From NCBI GenBank assembly GCA_965223375.1, contig OZ245000.1:2715092-2779091 (forward strand): a DNA stretch of 64,000 nucleotides, read 5' to 3'. The notes beneath the pieces were generated by a model. The model was not told where the DNA came from. It did not search any database and worked only from the letters and a program-made list of their open reading frames with translations. Position 1 is the stretch's first letter, and each line of letters begins with the position of its first letter. A program made the translations under genes and the position numbers. Of this stretch, positions 1-10,956 are shown in pieces. The stretch comes from Candidatus Rariloculaceae bacterium. Its GTDB lineage: Bacteria; Pseudomonadota; Gammaproteobacteria; Steroidobacterales; Rariloculaceae.

Positions 1-1997
1 CCGGACGGCCGTCGCGGCGCCGCCTTGCCGACGCGATCCGCGTTTTGGCGATGGATGCGGTGCAGCAGGCGAACAGCGGCCACCCAGGTATGCCGATGGG
101 GATGGCCGACATCGCCGAGGTTCTGTGGAACGACTTCCTCAGATTCAGTCCCGGCCACGGCAACTGGCCCGATCGGGATCGCTTCGTTCTGTCGAACGGT
201 CACGGCTCAATGTTGCTCTATGCGGTTGCGCACCTCACGGGATATCCGCTGGCGATCGACGAGATTCGGGCGTTCAGGCAGTTCGGTTCCCGCACGGCCG
301 GTCATCCCGAGCGTGAGCTCGAAATAGGTATCGAGACGACGACGGGTCCACTCGGTCAGGGCATTGCCAACGCGGTCGGCATGGCTATTGCCGAGCGCGC
401 GCTCGCCGCGAGCTTCAACCGGCCCGGTCACGACATCGTCGACCACTACACGTACGTGTTTCTTGGCGACGGCTGCATGATGGAAGGGATCTCGCACGAG
501 GCCTGCTCGCTTGCAGGCACGCTTGGCCTCGGCCGGTTGATTGCAGTCTATGACGACAACGGAATCTCTATTGACGGCGAGACCGATCGCTGGATGAAGG
601 AAGACACGGCGGCGCGCTTTCGCGCGTACGGCTGGCACGTCATCGACGACGTCGACGGCCACGACGCCGACCGCATTGCTGAGGCCCTGGCCGAAGCGAA
701 GACCCGCGACGACCGGCCCACGCTGATCTGCTGCAGGACCGTTATCGGGTTCGGTGCGCCGAAGAAGCAGGGCACGGCAGCGACCCATGGCGCCCCGCTC
801 GGCGCGGACGAGATCGCGGCCACCCGCGAGGCGCTCGGCTGGGATGCGGCGCCGTTCGAGCTGCCGGCCGACGTCCGCGACGGCTGGAATGCCGTTGGCC
901 GCGGCGCCGCGCTCGAGGCCGACTGGCAGCAACGCTTTGCCGCCTACGCCGATGAGTATCCCGACCTTGCAGCCGAGTTCGGCCGCCGCATGCGCGGCGA
1001 GCTGCCCGCGAACTGGGCCGAGTCGGCAGCGGAAGCACTCGGCGGCATTGCCAGCGAGAAAACGAACGCCGCCACCCGCAAGTCGTCGGAGCGTGCCCTG
1101 AACGCGCTCGCGCCATTGCTGCCCGAGCTGATCGGCGGCTCTGCCGATCTGACCGGCTCCAACAACACGTATCACTCGGGCTCAGTGCCGCTCGATGCCG
1201 ACAACGCCGGCGGCAACTATGTGTTCTTCGGCGTGCGGGAATTCGCAATGGCCGCGATCTCGAACGGGCTCGCGCTGCACGGTGGCTTTCTGCCTTATGC
1301 CGGCACGTTCCTCGTTTTCTCGGACTACGCGCGGAATGCGATCCGTATGGCGGCGCTGATGGAGCTGCCGGCGATCCATGTGCTGACGCACGATTCGATC
1401 GGGCTCGGCGAGGACGGTCCGACGCATCAGCCGGTCGAGCATCTGGCGAGCCTCAGGGCCATGCCGAACCTGTCGGTCTGGCGGCCGTGCGACGACGTCG
1501 AGACGGCCGTCGCCTGGCAGTCCGCCGTCGAGCGTCGCAATGGGCCGACGGCGCTGGTGCTGAGCCGGCAGTCGCTGCCGCACGTCGAGCGCACGGCCGA
1601 CCAGGTGGCCGCGGCAGCCCGTGGCGGTTACATCCTGCGCGATCCGGCAGTCGGCCCGAAAATCGTTCTGATCTCGACCGGCTCCGAGATCGCGCCGACC
1701 CTGGCTGCCGCCGAGCAGCTCGACAAGGACGGCGTCGCCGTCAGGGTCGTCTCGATGCCCTGCGTCGAGGCATTCGCTGCGCAAGACGAGGACTATCGCC
1801 GCCATGTGCTCGACGAGGGGATTCCGCGCCTCGTCGTCGAAGCCGCCGTCGCGGGTGGCTGGTGGCAGTACGCCGGCGATCTCGGCGCGGTGCTCGGTAT
1901 GGACAGCTTCGGCGCTTCGGCACCGGCCGGGGCGCTGTTCGAGCATTTCGGATTCACACGGGACCGCATCGTCGCGGCGGCCCGTCAGCTGCTCTGA
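1..1997 (+). CDS. tkt: transketolase, 5' end cut by window edge
   Basis: The frame of ORF 45..1997 stays open back to nt 3 (..[28 protein letters not shown]..), so the conserved N-terminus starts before the window. ThDP motif GDGCMMEG is present. Followed by gap-pgk. Confidence 0.95.
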   Translation, partial: GRPSRRRLADAIRVLAMDAVQQANSGHPGMPMGMADIAEVLWNDFLRFSPGHGNWPDRDRFVLSNGHGSMLLYAVAHLTGYPLAIDEIRAFRQFGSRTAGHPERELEIGIETTTGPLGQGIANAVGMAIAERALAASFNRPGHDIVDHYTYVFLGDGCMMEGISHEACSLAGTLGLGRLIAVYDDNGISIDGETDRWMKEDTAARFRAYGWHVIDDVDGHDADRIAEALAEAKTRDDRPTLICCRTVIGFGAPKKQGTAATHGAPLGADEIAATREALGWDAAPFELPADVRDGWNAVGRGAALEADWQQRFAAYADEYPDLAAEFGRRMRGELPANWAESAAEALGGIASEKTNAATRKSSERALNALAPLLPELIGGSADLTGSNNTYHSGSVPLDADNAGGNYVFFGVREFAMAAISNGLALHGGFLPYAGTFLVFSDYARNAIRMAALMELPAIHVLTHDSIGLGEDGPTHQPVEHLASLRAMPNLSVWRPCDDVETAVAWQSAVERRNGPTALVLSRQSLPHVERTADQVAAAARGGYILRDPAVGPKIVLISTGSEIAPTLAAAEQLDKDGVAVRVVSMPCVEAFAAQDEDYRRHVLDEGIPRLVVEAAVAGGWWQYAGDLGAVLGMDSFGASAPAGALFEHFGFTRDRIVAAARQLL

Positions 1998-2045
1998 CTG
2001 CGGCGGCGCGCCGGGCACGGCGCACAGCATCCAAGGGAGACCCAA

Positions 2046-3059
2046 ATGCCGGTAAAAATCGCTATCAACGGGTATGGCCGAATCGGGCGCAACGTGTTGC
2101 GCGCGCTCTACGAGAATAACCGCCGCGGTGATCTGGAGGTCGTCGCGATCAACGATCTGGGCGATGCCCGGACCAACGCCCATCTGACCCGTTTCGATTC
2201 TGCGCACGGTCCGTTTCCCTTCTCGGTCGCGGTCGAAGGCGACGATCTCGTCGTCGATGGCGATCGCATTCGCGTTTGCGCGGAGCGTGACCCGGCGCGG
2301 CTGCCGTGGGGCGAGCTCGGCGTCGATGTCGTTCTGGAGTGCACCGGCTTTTTTGCCTCGAAAGAAAAAGCCTCGGCGCACCTCAAGGCCGGTGCGAAAA
2401 AAGTAGTGATCTCCGCTCCGGCGGGCAAGGATGTCGACGCGACGATCGTTTACGGCGTCAACCACTCGACGCTGTCTGCCGCCGATGAAGTCATCTCGAA
2501 CGCCTCGTGCACGACGAACTGTCTCGCTCCGCTCGCCAAGGTTCTGCACGCGACGGTCGGCATCGAGCACGGAATTATGACGACGATTCACGCTTACACC
2601 AACGACCAGGTGCTGACCGACGTCTATCACTCGGATCTGCGCCGCGCCCGTTCCGCCACACAGTCGATGATTCCCACCAAAACCGGTGCCGCGGCCGCGG
2701 TCGGCCTCGTGCTGCCGGAGCTCGATGGCCGTCTCGACGGTTTCGCGATCCGGGTGCCGACGATCAACGTCTCGATCGTCGACCTGACTTTCCGCGCCGG
2801 GCGCGCCACGACGGTCGACGAGATCAACGCTGCCGTAAAGGCGGCGTCGGAAGGCGAGCTCAAGGGCGTGCTCGATTACACCGACGAGCCGCTGGTGTCG
2901 ATAGACTTCAACCACAATCCGGCGTCGTCCACCTACGACGCTAGCCTGACGAAAGTGCTGGGCGGCACGCAGGTGAAAGTCTGTGCCTGGTACGACAACG
3001 AGTGGGGCTTCTCGAACCGGATGCTCGATACTACGCTGGCATTGATCGCCGCAGGCTGA
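2046..3059 (+). CDS. gap: glyceraldehyde-3-phosphate dehydrogenase
   Basis: 337 aa. [12 protein letters not shown]-binding N-terminus, catalytic [17 protein letters not shown] signature. AGGGAGA SD 6 nt upstream. Confidence 0.96.
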   Translation: MPVKIAINGYGRIGRNVLRALYENNRRGDLEVVAINDLGDARTNAHLTRFDSAHGPFPFSVAVEGDDLVVDGDRIRVCAERDPARLPWGELGVDVVLECTGFFASKEKASAHLKAGAKKVVISAPAGKDVDATIVYGVNHSTLSAADEVISNASCTTNCLAPLAKVLHATVGIEHGIMTTIHAYTNDQVLTDVYHSDLRRARSATQSMIPTKTGAAAAVGLVLPELDGRLDGFAIRVPTINVSIVDLTFRAGRATTVDEINAAVKAASEGELKGVLDYTDEPLVSIDFNHNPASSTYDASLTKVLGGTQVKVCAWYDNEWGFSNRMLDTTLALIAAG

Positions 3060-3063
3060 GCCG

Positions 3064-4245
3064 ATGGCGCTGGCCGTCAGGCGAATGGCCGACCTCGAGC
3101 TGCGAGGGCGCCGCGTACTGATTCGCGAGGACCTGAACGCACCGCTGGCCGACGGCAGGGTCAGCAGCGATGCGCGTCTTCGCGCAGCCCTGCCGACGAT
3201 CGAGCAGGCCTGTGAGAAAGGCGCGCGCGTCATGCTGATGTCGCATCTGGGCCGGCCGACCGAGGGCGAGTTCGATGCCAGGTATTCGCTGGCCCCGGTT
3301 GCCGCCCGGCTCGCCGAGCTGCTCGATCGCGACGTGCCGCTGGTGCGTGACTGGTTAGACGGCGTCGACATCGACGACGGCGGGCTCGTGCTTTGCGAGA
3401 ACGTACGCTTTCTGCACGGCGAGAAGGCCAACGACCCGGCCCTGGCCGGCCGAATGGCCGCGCTTTGCGACATCTTCGTGATGGATGCTTTCGGCACAGC
3501 GCACCGGGCGCAGGCCAGCACGGCCGGTGTCGCAGAGCAGGCCCCGATCGCCTGTGCCGGGCCTCTGCTCGTCGCCGAGCTCGAGGCGCTGGGCGCTGCG
3601 CTCGACGCACCGCGGCGACCCCTCATCGCGATCGTCGGCGGCGCGAAGGTATCGACCAAGCTCGAGGTTCTGCGCAGTCTCGCCGGCCAGGTCGACGCGC
3701 TGATTCTCGGGGGCGGGATCGCAAACACGATCATCGCGGCCGCTGGCCACGCGACCGGCCGCTCCCTGATGGAGACAGAGATGGTGCCGTTCGCCGAGCA
3801 ACTGCTGGCCGGCGATTTCGGCACCGCGGCAGTACCGTTGCCGACCGATGTCGTCGTCGCAGGCTCGCTGGACGCCGATGCGAAGGGCCGCATCACGACA
3901 CTCGACGGGGTCGGGGGCGACGAGATGATTCTCGACATCGGGCCTGCGACTGCCGAACAGTACGCCGAGCGACTGGCCGGTGCCGGGACCATCGTCTGGA
4001 ACGGACCCCTCGGTGTTTTCGAGCACGCCGAGTTTGCCGCCGGGACCGAGCGGGTCGCCGCCGCAGTGGCCGACAGCGACGCGTTCTCGATCGCCGGCGG
4101 CGGCGATACGATAGCGGCAATCGATCGTTTCGGTATCGCCGGGAGCGTGTCGTACATCTCCACGGGCGGCGGGGCTTTTCTCGAGTTTCTCGAGGGGCGA
4201 CAACTGCCGGCCGTCGCAGCCCTGGAGCGCCGCGCGGCGAACTGA
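3064..4245 (+). CDS. pgk: phosphoglycerate kinase
   Basis: 393 aa. ..[12 protein letters not shown].. N-domain and ..[13 protein letters not shown].. C-domain signatures. Alternative ATG at 3085 (MADLEL..). Confidence 0.95.
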   Translation: MALAVRRMADLELRGRRVLIREDLNAPLADGRVSSDARLRAALPTIEQACEKGARVMLMSHLGRPTEGEFDARYSLAPVAARLAELLDRDVPLVRDWLDGVDIDDGGLVLCENVRFLHGEKANDPALAGRMAALCDIFVMDAFGTAHRAQASTAGVAEQAPIACAGPLLVAELEALGAALDAPRRPLIAIVGGAKVSTKLEVLRSLAGQVDALILGGGIANTIIAAAGHATGRSLMETEMVPFAEQLLAGDFGTAAVPLPTDVVVAGSLDADAKGRITTLDGVGGDEMILDIGPATAEQYAERLAGAGTIVWNGPLGVFEHAEFAAGTERVAAAVADSDAFSIAGGGDTIAAIDRFGIAGSVSYISTGGGAFLEFLEGRQLPAVAALERRAAN

Positions 4246-4287
4246 TGCAGGGCCGCGGCGATTAACGAAACTCCGGAGACCGAGCTG

Positions 4288-5571
4288 TTGCGGCGGACTT
4301 TTCGGGCCGCGCTCGATGCCGCGGCGCCGGCTCTGCTGCTGCCGCCGTTCCTGGACGCCATGGCCGGGCACTCGCCGGCCGTCGTGCTCGGTGCAGGCAA
4401 GGCCGCGGCCGCAATGGCGGCGACGTTCCGGGCCAACTGGCGGGCGCGCTGCCGGGGGCTCGTCGTCACCCGGTACCAGCACGGGCTCGCGCCGGGCGAG
4501 GACGCCGGCGACATCGAGGTCGTCGAGGCCGGGCACCCGACGCCCGACGTTGCGAGCGTCGAGGCCGGGCGCCGTCTGCTCGAGCTCGCCGCGTCGGTCG
4601 GCGACGACGAGCGCCTGTTCTTCCTGATCTCGGGCGGCGGTTCGGCGCTGGCCGCAGCGCCGCTCGGCGAGATCGGCTTCGAGCGCAAGCGCCACGCAGC
4701 CGGATTCCTGATTCGCGCCGGCGCCGATATTCGTGAGATCAACTGTGTCCGCAAGCACCTGTCCGGCCTCAAGGGCGGGCGCCTTGCGGTCGCCGCACGA
4801 CCGGCGCCGGTCATGACGTTCGCGATCTCCGATGTTCCCGGCGACGCGATTGCGGACATTGCGTCCGGGCCGACCGTGCCGGATGCGACGACGCAGCGCG
4901 ACGCGCTCGCCGTGTTGCGCAAGTACGAGTACCCCGAGCTCGAGACGCTGCTGCCGTTCCTCGAAGACCCGACGCTCGAATCACCGAAGCCGGGTGACGC
5001 GTCGTTCGCCGACGATTCGGTGCACTTGATCGCGACAGCGGCGACGGCGCTCGCGGCGGCGCAGTCCGTGCTCGAGCAGGCCGGCTACACCGTCGAGTTC
5101 CTCGGCGACGATCTCGATGACGAAGCGCAGTCGCTCGGCCGCGCGCACGCCGCGCGCGCGAAGGCAGCCGTAGAGCGCGGTGAGCCCGTCGCGATCCTGT
5201 CCGGCGGCGAGACGCGCGTCGTTCTCGGTGAAGGCGGCGGCCGCGGCGGCAGGAATCTGGAGTATCTTTCGGGTCTCGCGCTCGGTCTCGACGGCGCGGC
5301 CGGGATTTCGGCGCTTGCCGCCGATACCGACGGCATCGACGGCCATGGCGATCATGCCGGCGGCATCGTCGTTCCCGGCGCCCTCGCTGCCGGCGCCGAG
5401 CGCGGCGTGCCGTTGGACAAGGCGCTGGCGGCGCACGACAGCTATGCTTTCTTCGATGCCTGTGGGCTGCTGCTGCGCACGGGGCCGACGCGCACGAACG
5501 TCAACGATTTTCGGGTAATTCTGTGTCAACCCAAAACGCTCCAGAATCGAACGACCGGGACTCGACGATAG
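4288..5571 (+). CDS. glycerate 2-kinase / hydroxypyruvate reductase family protein (DUF4147-MOFRL, TtuD-like)
   Basis: 427 aa. TTG start with GGAG 9 nt upstream; there is no in-frame ATG/GTG between the pgk stop and 4288. Family-like blocks [40 protein letters not shown]. Confidence 0.8.
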   Translation: MRRTFRAALDAAAPALLLPPFLDAMAGHSPAVVLGAGKAAAAMAATFRANWRARCRGLVVTRYQHGLAPGEDAGDIEVVEAGHPTPDVASVEAGRRLLELAASVGDDERLFFLISGGGSALAAAPLGEIGFERKRHAAGFLIRAGADIREINCVRKHLSGLKGGRLAVAARPAPVMTFAISDVPGDAIADIASGPTVPDATTQRDALAVLRKYEYPELETLLPFLEDPTLESPKPGDASFADDSVHLIATAATALAAAQSVLEQAGYTVEFLGDDLDDEAQSLGRAHAARAKAAVERGEPVAILSGGETRVVLGEGGGRGGRNLEYLSGLALGLDGAAGISALAADTDGIDGHGDHAGGIVVPGALAAGAERGVPLDKALAAHDSYAFFDACGLLLRTGPTRTNVNDFRVILCQPKTLQNRTTGTRR

Positions 5572-7022
5572 TCATCGCGCGGCAGGCGCCACCGAGGCGG
5601 CGGCGCACGAAGATCGTCGCGACGCTCGGGCCCGCTACCAACGACCCGGCAACGCTCGAAGCGCTGATCCGCGAAGGCGTCGATGTCGTCCGGATCAACT
5701 TTTCCCATTCACCGGCTGCCGAGCAGGCACAGCTCGTCCGGCTGGTCCGCGATCTCGCCGACAAGGTCGGTCGTTACGTCGGTGTGATGGGGGATCTGCA
5801 GGGGCCGAAGATTCGCATCCGGACGTTCGCGGCCGGGTCGGCCGAGCTTGCGACCGGCGCGGCCTTTACGCTCGACACGAGCCTCGGTTCGCAGGAGGGA
5901 ACCGGACAGGCAGTCGGCGTCGCGTATCCCGAGCTTACCGGGGATGTCGAAAGCGGCGACGTGCTGCTGCTCGATGACGGCCAGATCGTGCTGCGCGTCG
6001 AGAGCGTCGACGGACCGCGCATCCGCTGCACGGTTGTTCGCGGCGGCCTGCTGAAGGATCGCAAGGGCCTGAACAAGCAGGGCGGGGGCCTGTCGGCCGC
6101 CGCGCTGACCGACAAGGACCGCGAAGACCTGGCGGCTGCCGCCCGCCTCGACTTGGATTTTGTCGCAGTCTCGTTCGTCCGCAGCGCCGACGACATCATG
6201 GAGGCCCGCCGGATACTCGCCGAGGCCGGCAGTTCCGCGCACGTCATTGCCAAGATCGAGCGCGCCGAAGCGGTCGACGATATCGCAGCGATCATCGAGG
6301 CGAGTGACGCGATCATGGTCGCGCGCGGTGATCTTGCCGTCGAGGTGGGCTACGCGGCGATGACCGGGCTGCAGAAGGGGCTGATCCGGATGGCCATCGA
6401 GCGCAACCGGATCTCGATAACCGCAACTCAGATGCTCGAATCGATGATCACGAGCGGATCCCCGACCCGCGCCGAGGTGTCCGACGTCGCCAATGCGGTG
6501 CTCGACGGCACCGATGCGGTCATGCTCTCGGCCGAAACCGCCGTCGGCGACCACCCGGTGGAAGCGGTCCGCACGATGGCGGCGGTCTGCGTCGGCGCCG
6601 AGAAGCACGAAACGTCACGGGGCGTCACCCACGCGCGCGTCGACGACCACTTCAAGTACGTCGATCAGTCGATCGCCATGGCCGTGATGTATACCGCGAC
6701 GCATCTCGACGTCCGCGCGATCATTGCCCTGACCGAGTCAGGATCGACCGCCTTGTGGATGTCACGGCGACGCAGCGACATCCCGATTTACGCTTATACG
6801 CGGCAGGAGCAGACACGCCGGCGCGTTACGCTCTACCGCGGCGTCTACCCGGTCGCGTTCGATCTGGTTTCGATACCGCACGAACGGCTGCAGGAGGCGG
6901 CCATCGAGAAGCTCAGGGTCTCCGGCGACATCGATCACGGCGAGCTGGTCATTTTCACTCAGGGGCAGTTCGACGGCATTGCCGGCGGCACGAACAGCAT
7001 GTACATCCTGCGGGTGCCCTGA
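5523..7022 (+). CDS. pyk: pyruvate kinase
   Basis: 499 aa, GTG start. [18 protein letters not shown] and [10 protein letters not shown] motifs. The start overlaps the preceding gene by 49 nt and no alternative canonical start lies downstream. Confidence 0.93.
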   Translation: MSTQNAPESNDRDSTIVIARQAPPRRRRTKIVATLGPATNDPATLEALIREGVDVVRINFSHSPAAEQAQLVRLVRDLADKVGRYVGVMGDLQGPKIRIRTFAAGSAELATGAAFTLDTSLGSQEGTGQAVGVAYPELTGDVESGDVLLLDDGQIVLRVESVDGPRIRCTVVRGGLLKDRKGLNKQGGGLSAAALTDKDREDLAAAARLDLDFVAVSFVRSADDIMEARRILAEAGSSAHVIAKIERAEAVDDIAAIIEASDAIMVARGDLAVEVGYAAMTGLQKGLIRMAIERNRISITATQMLESMITSGSPTRAEVSDVANAVLDGTDAVMLSAETAVGDHPVEAVRTMAAVCVGAEKHETSRGVTHARVDDHFKYVDQSIAMAVMYTATHLDVRAIIALTESGSTALWMSRRRSDIPIYAYTRQEQTRRRVTLYRGVYPVAFDLVSIPHERLQEAAIEKLRVSGDIDHGELVIFTQGQFDGIAGGTNSMYILRVP

Positions 7023-7029
7023 CGGACGG

Positions 7030-8214
7030 GTGGCGGCGAACCGGCGCAAGTCCCTGATCCTTCCCGGTGCCGGCGCGCGCGGCGCCTATCAGGTCGGCGT
7101 GCTGAAAGCGATCGCCGAGCTGCTGCCGCGCGGTGCCGACAATCCCTTCGGCATACTCGCCGGCGCATCGGCCGGGGCGATCAACGCGGCGGTCCTGGCG
7201 AGCCGCAGCGGAACGTTCCGGCGCGCCGTCGCAGAAATGGAGTACGTCTGGGCTTCGTTCACGACCGAGCAGGTGTTCCGTGCCGACGCCTGGGCGATGC
7301 TGAAGTCGAGCCTCCACTGGTTCGCAACGCTGACGCTCGGTGGTCTCGGTGACCGGAACCCGGCGTCGTTTCTCGACTGCGAGCCGCTGTCCGAGCTGCT
7401 CGATCGGCAGATCGATTTCAAGCGGATCGAACGTGCCCTCGAGGACGGCAGTCTGCATGCGCTCGCGATCACGGCGTCCGCGTACACGTCGGCCCGTTCG
7501 GTCACGTTCTATCAGACCGGGACGACTTCGATGCCCTGGGCGCGGGTCAGGCGCATCGGTCGGCCGGAAAAGATCACGCTCGATCATGTGATGGCGAGCG
7601 CGGCCGTGCCGTTCATCTTTCCGCCGGTCCGGATCGGCGGCGAATATTACGGTGACGGCTCGATGCGGCAGCGGGCGCCGTTGAGCCCGTCGATCCATCT
7701 TGGCGCCGACCGGCTGCTCGTCATCGGCGTGCGCGACGAGCACCCGGACCCCGAGCCGATCGACAGCGCCACGATGGCGTCGCCCAATTTCGCCGATCTC
7801 GCCGGCTACATGCTCGACACACTGTTTCTCGACGGGCTCTACGCGGATCTCGAGCGGCTGACCCGCCTGAACACGATACTGGAGCAGGTCGACACGTCGA
7901 AGATCGGCGCCCCGGCCGGGGATCTGCGCTACATCCGTACGCTGATCATAGTGCCGAGCGAGGACCTTCGTGACATCGCGGCGCGCCACGCCGAGGACAT
8001 GCCACGCTCACTGCGCTTTTTGCTGAACCGGCTCGGCGCCCGGCAGGCCTCGTCGATACACAACGGCGGAATGCAGTTGATCAGCTATCTGCTGTTCGAG
8101 TCGTCGTTCACCCGCGAGCTGATTGCGCTCGGCTATCGTGACGCGCTGGCACGGGCCGACGAGCTCCGCGCGTTTCTGCTCGATTCCGACACCGGGGCAG
8201 CCGCTGCGGAGTGA
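7030..8214 (+). CDS. patatin-like phospholipase family protein
   Basis: Oxyanion [11 protein letters not shown], nucleophile elbow GASAG, catalytic Asp in YGDGSM. Start set at in-frame GTG 7030 just after the pyk stop; the track ORF starts at 6979 inside pyk. Confidence 0.88.
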   Translation: MAANRRKSLILPGAGARGAYQVGVLKAIAELLPRGADNPFGILAGASAGAINAAVLASRSGTFRRAVAEMEYVWASFTTEQVFRADAWAMLKSSLHWFATLTLGGLGDRNPASFLDCEPLSELLDRQIDFKRIERALEDGSLHALAITASAYTSARSVTFYQTGTTSMPWARVRRIGRPEKITLDHVMASAAVPFIFPPVRIGGEYYGDGSMRQRAPLSPSIHLGADRLLVIGVRDEHPDPEPIDSATMASPNFADLAGYMLDTLFLDGLYADLERLTRLNTILEQVDTSKIGAPAGDLRYIRTLIIVPSEDLRDIAARHAEDMPRSLRFLLNRLGARQASSIHNGGMQLISYLLFESSFTRELIALGYRDALARADELRAFLLDSDTGAAAAE

Positions 8215-8240
8215 CACCCAGTCCGGTGGCGCGCTCCGCT

Positions 8241-9599
8241 TCAGAGCAGCAGGAGCGTGCCGATGCCGAGAAAAGCGACCAGCCCGACGACGTCGGTGAT
8301 CGTCGTCAGCACGACGCCGCCGGCCAGCGCCGGGTCGATGTTGAGCCGCCTGAGCAGCATCGGGACGCCGAAGCCGGCGAGCGCTGCAGCCAGCAGATTG
8401 GTCGCGAGCGCGAGTGCGATCACCAGGCCGATCTCCCAGCGGCCGAACCACCAGGCAGTGACGCACGCGACGAGCGCAGCCCAGCCGAGCGCGTTCAGCG
8501 CGCCGACGCCGAACTCCTTGCGCAGCAGCCAGCGGGCATTCGAGCGCTCGATCTGGCCGAGCGCGAGCCCGCGCGTGATCAGGATCAGCGTCTGCGTGCC
8601 GGCGATGCCGCCCATGCTCGGGACGACCGGCATCAGTATCGCGAGCACGACGATTTCGTCGAGCGTGGCCTCGAACAGGCCGGCCACCCAGGCCGCGAGA
8701 AAGGCCGTTGCCAGGTTGACCCCGAGCCATATCGATCGGCGCCTCGCACTGGCGCCGATCGGCGCGAACATGTCGTCGTCCTCGTCGAGGCCTGCCATAT
8801 GCAGGACCGATCGGTTGCCCTCGGCGCGAATGACGTCGACGACGTCATCGACATTGATTCGTCCGAGAAGTCGGCCCTCACCGTCGACGACGGCGGCCGA
8901 AATCAGATCGTGGTTCTCGAAGACGGTCGCAACCTGTGCCGCCGGCAGGTCCGCCGTGATCGTCGGGACACCGGTCTGCATGACGGCCGAGACGACCTCT
9001 TCGGGATCGGTCGTAATCAGGTCGGTCAGAAAGAGGCAGCCGAGATAGTCGCCGCGCCGGTTCACGACGAAGACTGCATCGGTGCCTTCGGGTAGCCGGC
9101 CGCGCATGCGCAGGTAGCGAAGCACGACTTCCAGTGTCACGTCGTCCCGAACGGTGATCGTCTCGGGATTCATCAGGCCGCCGGCGCTGTCCTCGTCGTA
9201 CTGGAGAACGCTCTGCAATCGGAGCCGGTCGCTCGCGTCGAGCGAGCGAATGACTTCACGATTGATCGTCTCGGGCAGCTCGGCGAGCAGATCTGCGAGA
9301 TCGTCGATGTCGAGATTGACGGTTGCGGCGATCAGCTCCCGCGCGTCCATTACCTCGATCAGGCTGGCGCGAACCTCGTCGTTCAGTTCGACGAGCACGT
9401 CCCCTTCGTCCTCGGTTGCGACGAGCTCCCAGACGATCCCGCGCTGCGCCGGTGGCAGTGCTTCCAGCAGGTCGGCAACCTCGGCCGGATTGAGCGCATT
9501 GACGAGCCGGCGCGCCTGCCGCATGGCGCCCGAGTCGAGCGCTTCGCGCAGCGTTTCAAGCGGCGTGCTCTGTGCCGAATTGTCGGTGGGGTGAATCAT
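8241..9599 (-). CDS. mgtE: magnesium transporter MgtE
   Basis: N-domain (NPAEVADLLEALPP), CBS pair and C-terminal membrane domain (IVVLAILMPVVPSMGGIAGTQT.., TITDVVGLVAFLG). ATG 9599 is preferred; an upstream GTG at 9671 would add 24 aa. Confidence 0.92.
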   Translation of the reverse strand: MIHPTDNSAQSTPLETLREALDSGAMRQARRLVNALNPAEVADLLEALPPAQRGIVWELVATEDEGDVLVELNDEVRASLIEVMDARELIAATVNLDIDDLADLLAELPETINREVIRSLDASDRLRLQSVLQYDEDSAGGLMNPETITVRDDVTLEVVLRYLRMRGRLPEGTDAVFVVNRRGDYLGCLFLTDLITTDPEEVVSAVMQTGVPTITADLPAAQVATVFENHDLISAAVVDGEGRLLGRINVDDVVDVIRAEGNRSVLHMAGLDEDDDMFAPIGASARRRSIWLGVNLATAFLAAWVAGLFEATLDEIVVLAILMPVVPSMGGIAGTQTLILITRGLALGQIERSNARWLLRKEFGVGALNALGWAALVACVTAWWFGRWEIGLVIALALATNLLAAALAGFGVPMLLRRLNIDPALAGGVVLTTITDVVGLVAFLGIGTLLLL

Positions 9600-9719
9600 G
9601 ACGCGCGTGGCCCTCGGTCGGGCGCGAGTGTAGCCCGCGACGGACCGGTCCGACAGCTCAGGGCCATGCACGTCGCGCCGGCATGGCGCAAGCCGGCGAC
9701 GGGCCCGGCGCCCGGCCGG

Positions 9720-10577
9720 TCAGGACAGCTCGTGATGCCGGGTCTGCACGGGGCCGACGAGGGACTCGAGTCGCTCGGCGACGTTCTCGGTGATGTAGAC
9801 CGAACGATGCTGGCCACCGGTGCAGCCGATGGCAACCGTCAGATACGAGCGCTGAAAATCCTGATAGTGCGGAATCCACTTGCTCAGATACGACACAATG
9901 TCTGCGATCATTTCCTCGACGGCCGGCTCGGCCCGGAGAAAGGCCTGCACCGGCTCGTCTTTGCCGCACAGTGACCGCAGCTTCGGTTCCCAGTAAGGGT
10001 TCGGCAGGCAGCGGACGTCGAACACGAAGTCTGCGTCGGCCGGCAGCCCGTGCTTGTAGCCGAAGGACTCGATCAGTATCGACAGCCGGTAGGGCTCACG
10101 CTGACCGACGCGATCGCGCATCTGGCGGCGCAGGTCGTAGACCGTCGACGCCGTCGTATCGATGACCAGGTCCGCGCCGTTTATCAGCGAGCCGAGCAGC
10201 TCCCGCTCCCGGGCAATCGCCTCCGGCAGGCTGCGTTCATCAGTCGTCAGCGGGTGACGCCGCCGCGTATCGCTGAAGCGCTTCAGGAGCGTGTCGTCGG
10301 CTGCCTGCAGGAAGACGATGTCGCAGACGATGCCCTCGGCGCGCAGCTCTGCAACGATATCGGGCACCCGGTCCAGATCCTCGGGCCGGTTGCGCGCATC
10401 GAGTCCGACGCCAGCGTTCTCCGTTGCAGGCGCATCCGGAGAAGAGAGCTCCGCGACGAACGCTCTCAGCAGGCCCGCCGGAATGTTGTCAATGCAGTAA
10501 AAGCCGAGGTCTTCGAGCGCGTGCAGGGCGACGCTCTTGCCGGAACCGGAGAGGCCGGTGACGACAATGAGCCGCAT
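9720..10577 (-). CDS. rapZ: RNase adapter protein RapZ
   Basis: 285 aa. MRLIVVTGLSGSGKS Walker A at the N-terminus, YhbJ-type length, position downstream of rpoN-hpf. Confidence 0.93.
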   Translation of the reverse strand: MRLIVVTGLSGSGKSVALHALEDLGFYCIDNIPAGLLRAFVAELSSPDAPATENAGVGLDARNRPEDLDRVPDIVAELRAEGIVCDIVFLQAADDTLLKRFSDTRRRHPLTTDERSLPEAIARERELLGSLINGADLVIDTTASTVYDLRRQMRDRVGQREPYRLSILIESFGYKHGLPADADFVFDVRCLPNPYWEPKLRSLCGKDEPVQAFLRAEPAVEEMIADIVSYLSKWIPHYQDFQRSYLTVAIGCTGGQHRSVYITENVAERLESLVGPVQTRHHELS

Positions 10578-10610
10578 CGATTGTGACTGAGGCGCCGCGC
10601 GCGCAGCGCC

Positions 10611-10928
10611 TCAGCCGGCACCTCGGGCGACTTCGCGCGCATGGTGATCCGTCAGCTTTTCCTTGTGCTTGGTCACCTGCCGCGAGAGCTTGTCGACGAG
10701 TCCGTCGATTGCGGCGTACATGTCGAGCTCGATCGCGTCGGCGTGGATCGTGCCACCGGTCAGGTGGATCGTCGCTTCCGCTTTGTGCTCGAGCTTCTCG
10801 ACCGTCAGGATGCAGTGAACGTCCGTCATGTGATCGAAATGCCGCTCGAGTCTTGCGAGCTTGCTTTCGACATAGTCGCGCATCGAATTCGTAACGTCCA
10901 CGTGGTGCCCTGTGATCGATAGTTGCAT
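10611..10928 (-). CDS. hpf: ribosome hibernation promoting factor (short HPF)
   Basis: 105 aa. MQLSITGHHVDVTNSMRDYVESKL.. is typical of the sigma54-modulation/HPF family. Lies immediately downstream of rpoN. Confidence 0.93.
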   Translation of the reverse strand: MQLSITGHHVDVTNSMRDYVESKLARLERHFDHMTDVHCILTVEKLEHKAEATIHLTGGTIHADAIELDMYAAIDGLVDKLSRQVTKHKEKLTDHHAREVARGAG

Positions 10929-10956
10929 ACGGCTCTCCTGTTCCGAATCTGCAGTG

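Noticed and set aside
1182-4922. 1246-aa ORF on the minus strand, the longest in the track
   Set aside because: It is antisense to tkt, gap, pgk and the glycerate-kinase-like gene, all of which carry unambiguous family motifs. Its translation is Arg/Ala/Ser/Pro low-complexity sequence, typical of the stop-poor reverse frame of GC-rich genes. It has no start context.
7030-8214. Patatin-like phospholipase as a possible CBASS (CapV-like) defence effector
   Set aside because: There is no cyclase/CD-NTase, no ubiquitin-like accessory genes and no other defence genes nearby. It is flanked by pyk and mgtE and has host-like composition, so a housekeeping RssA-type lipase is more parsimonious.
9600-9719. 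Possible Mg2+ (M-box) riboswitch upstream of mgtE
   Set aside because: The spacer is only 120 nt, shorter than an M-box aptamer plus expression platform. I could not recognise its conserved helices or a terminator/antiterminator pair.
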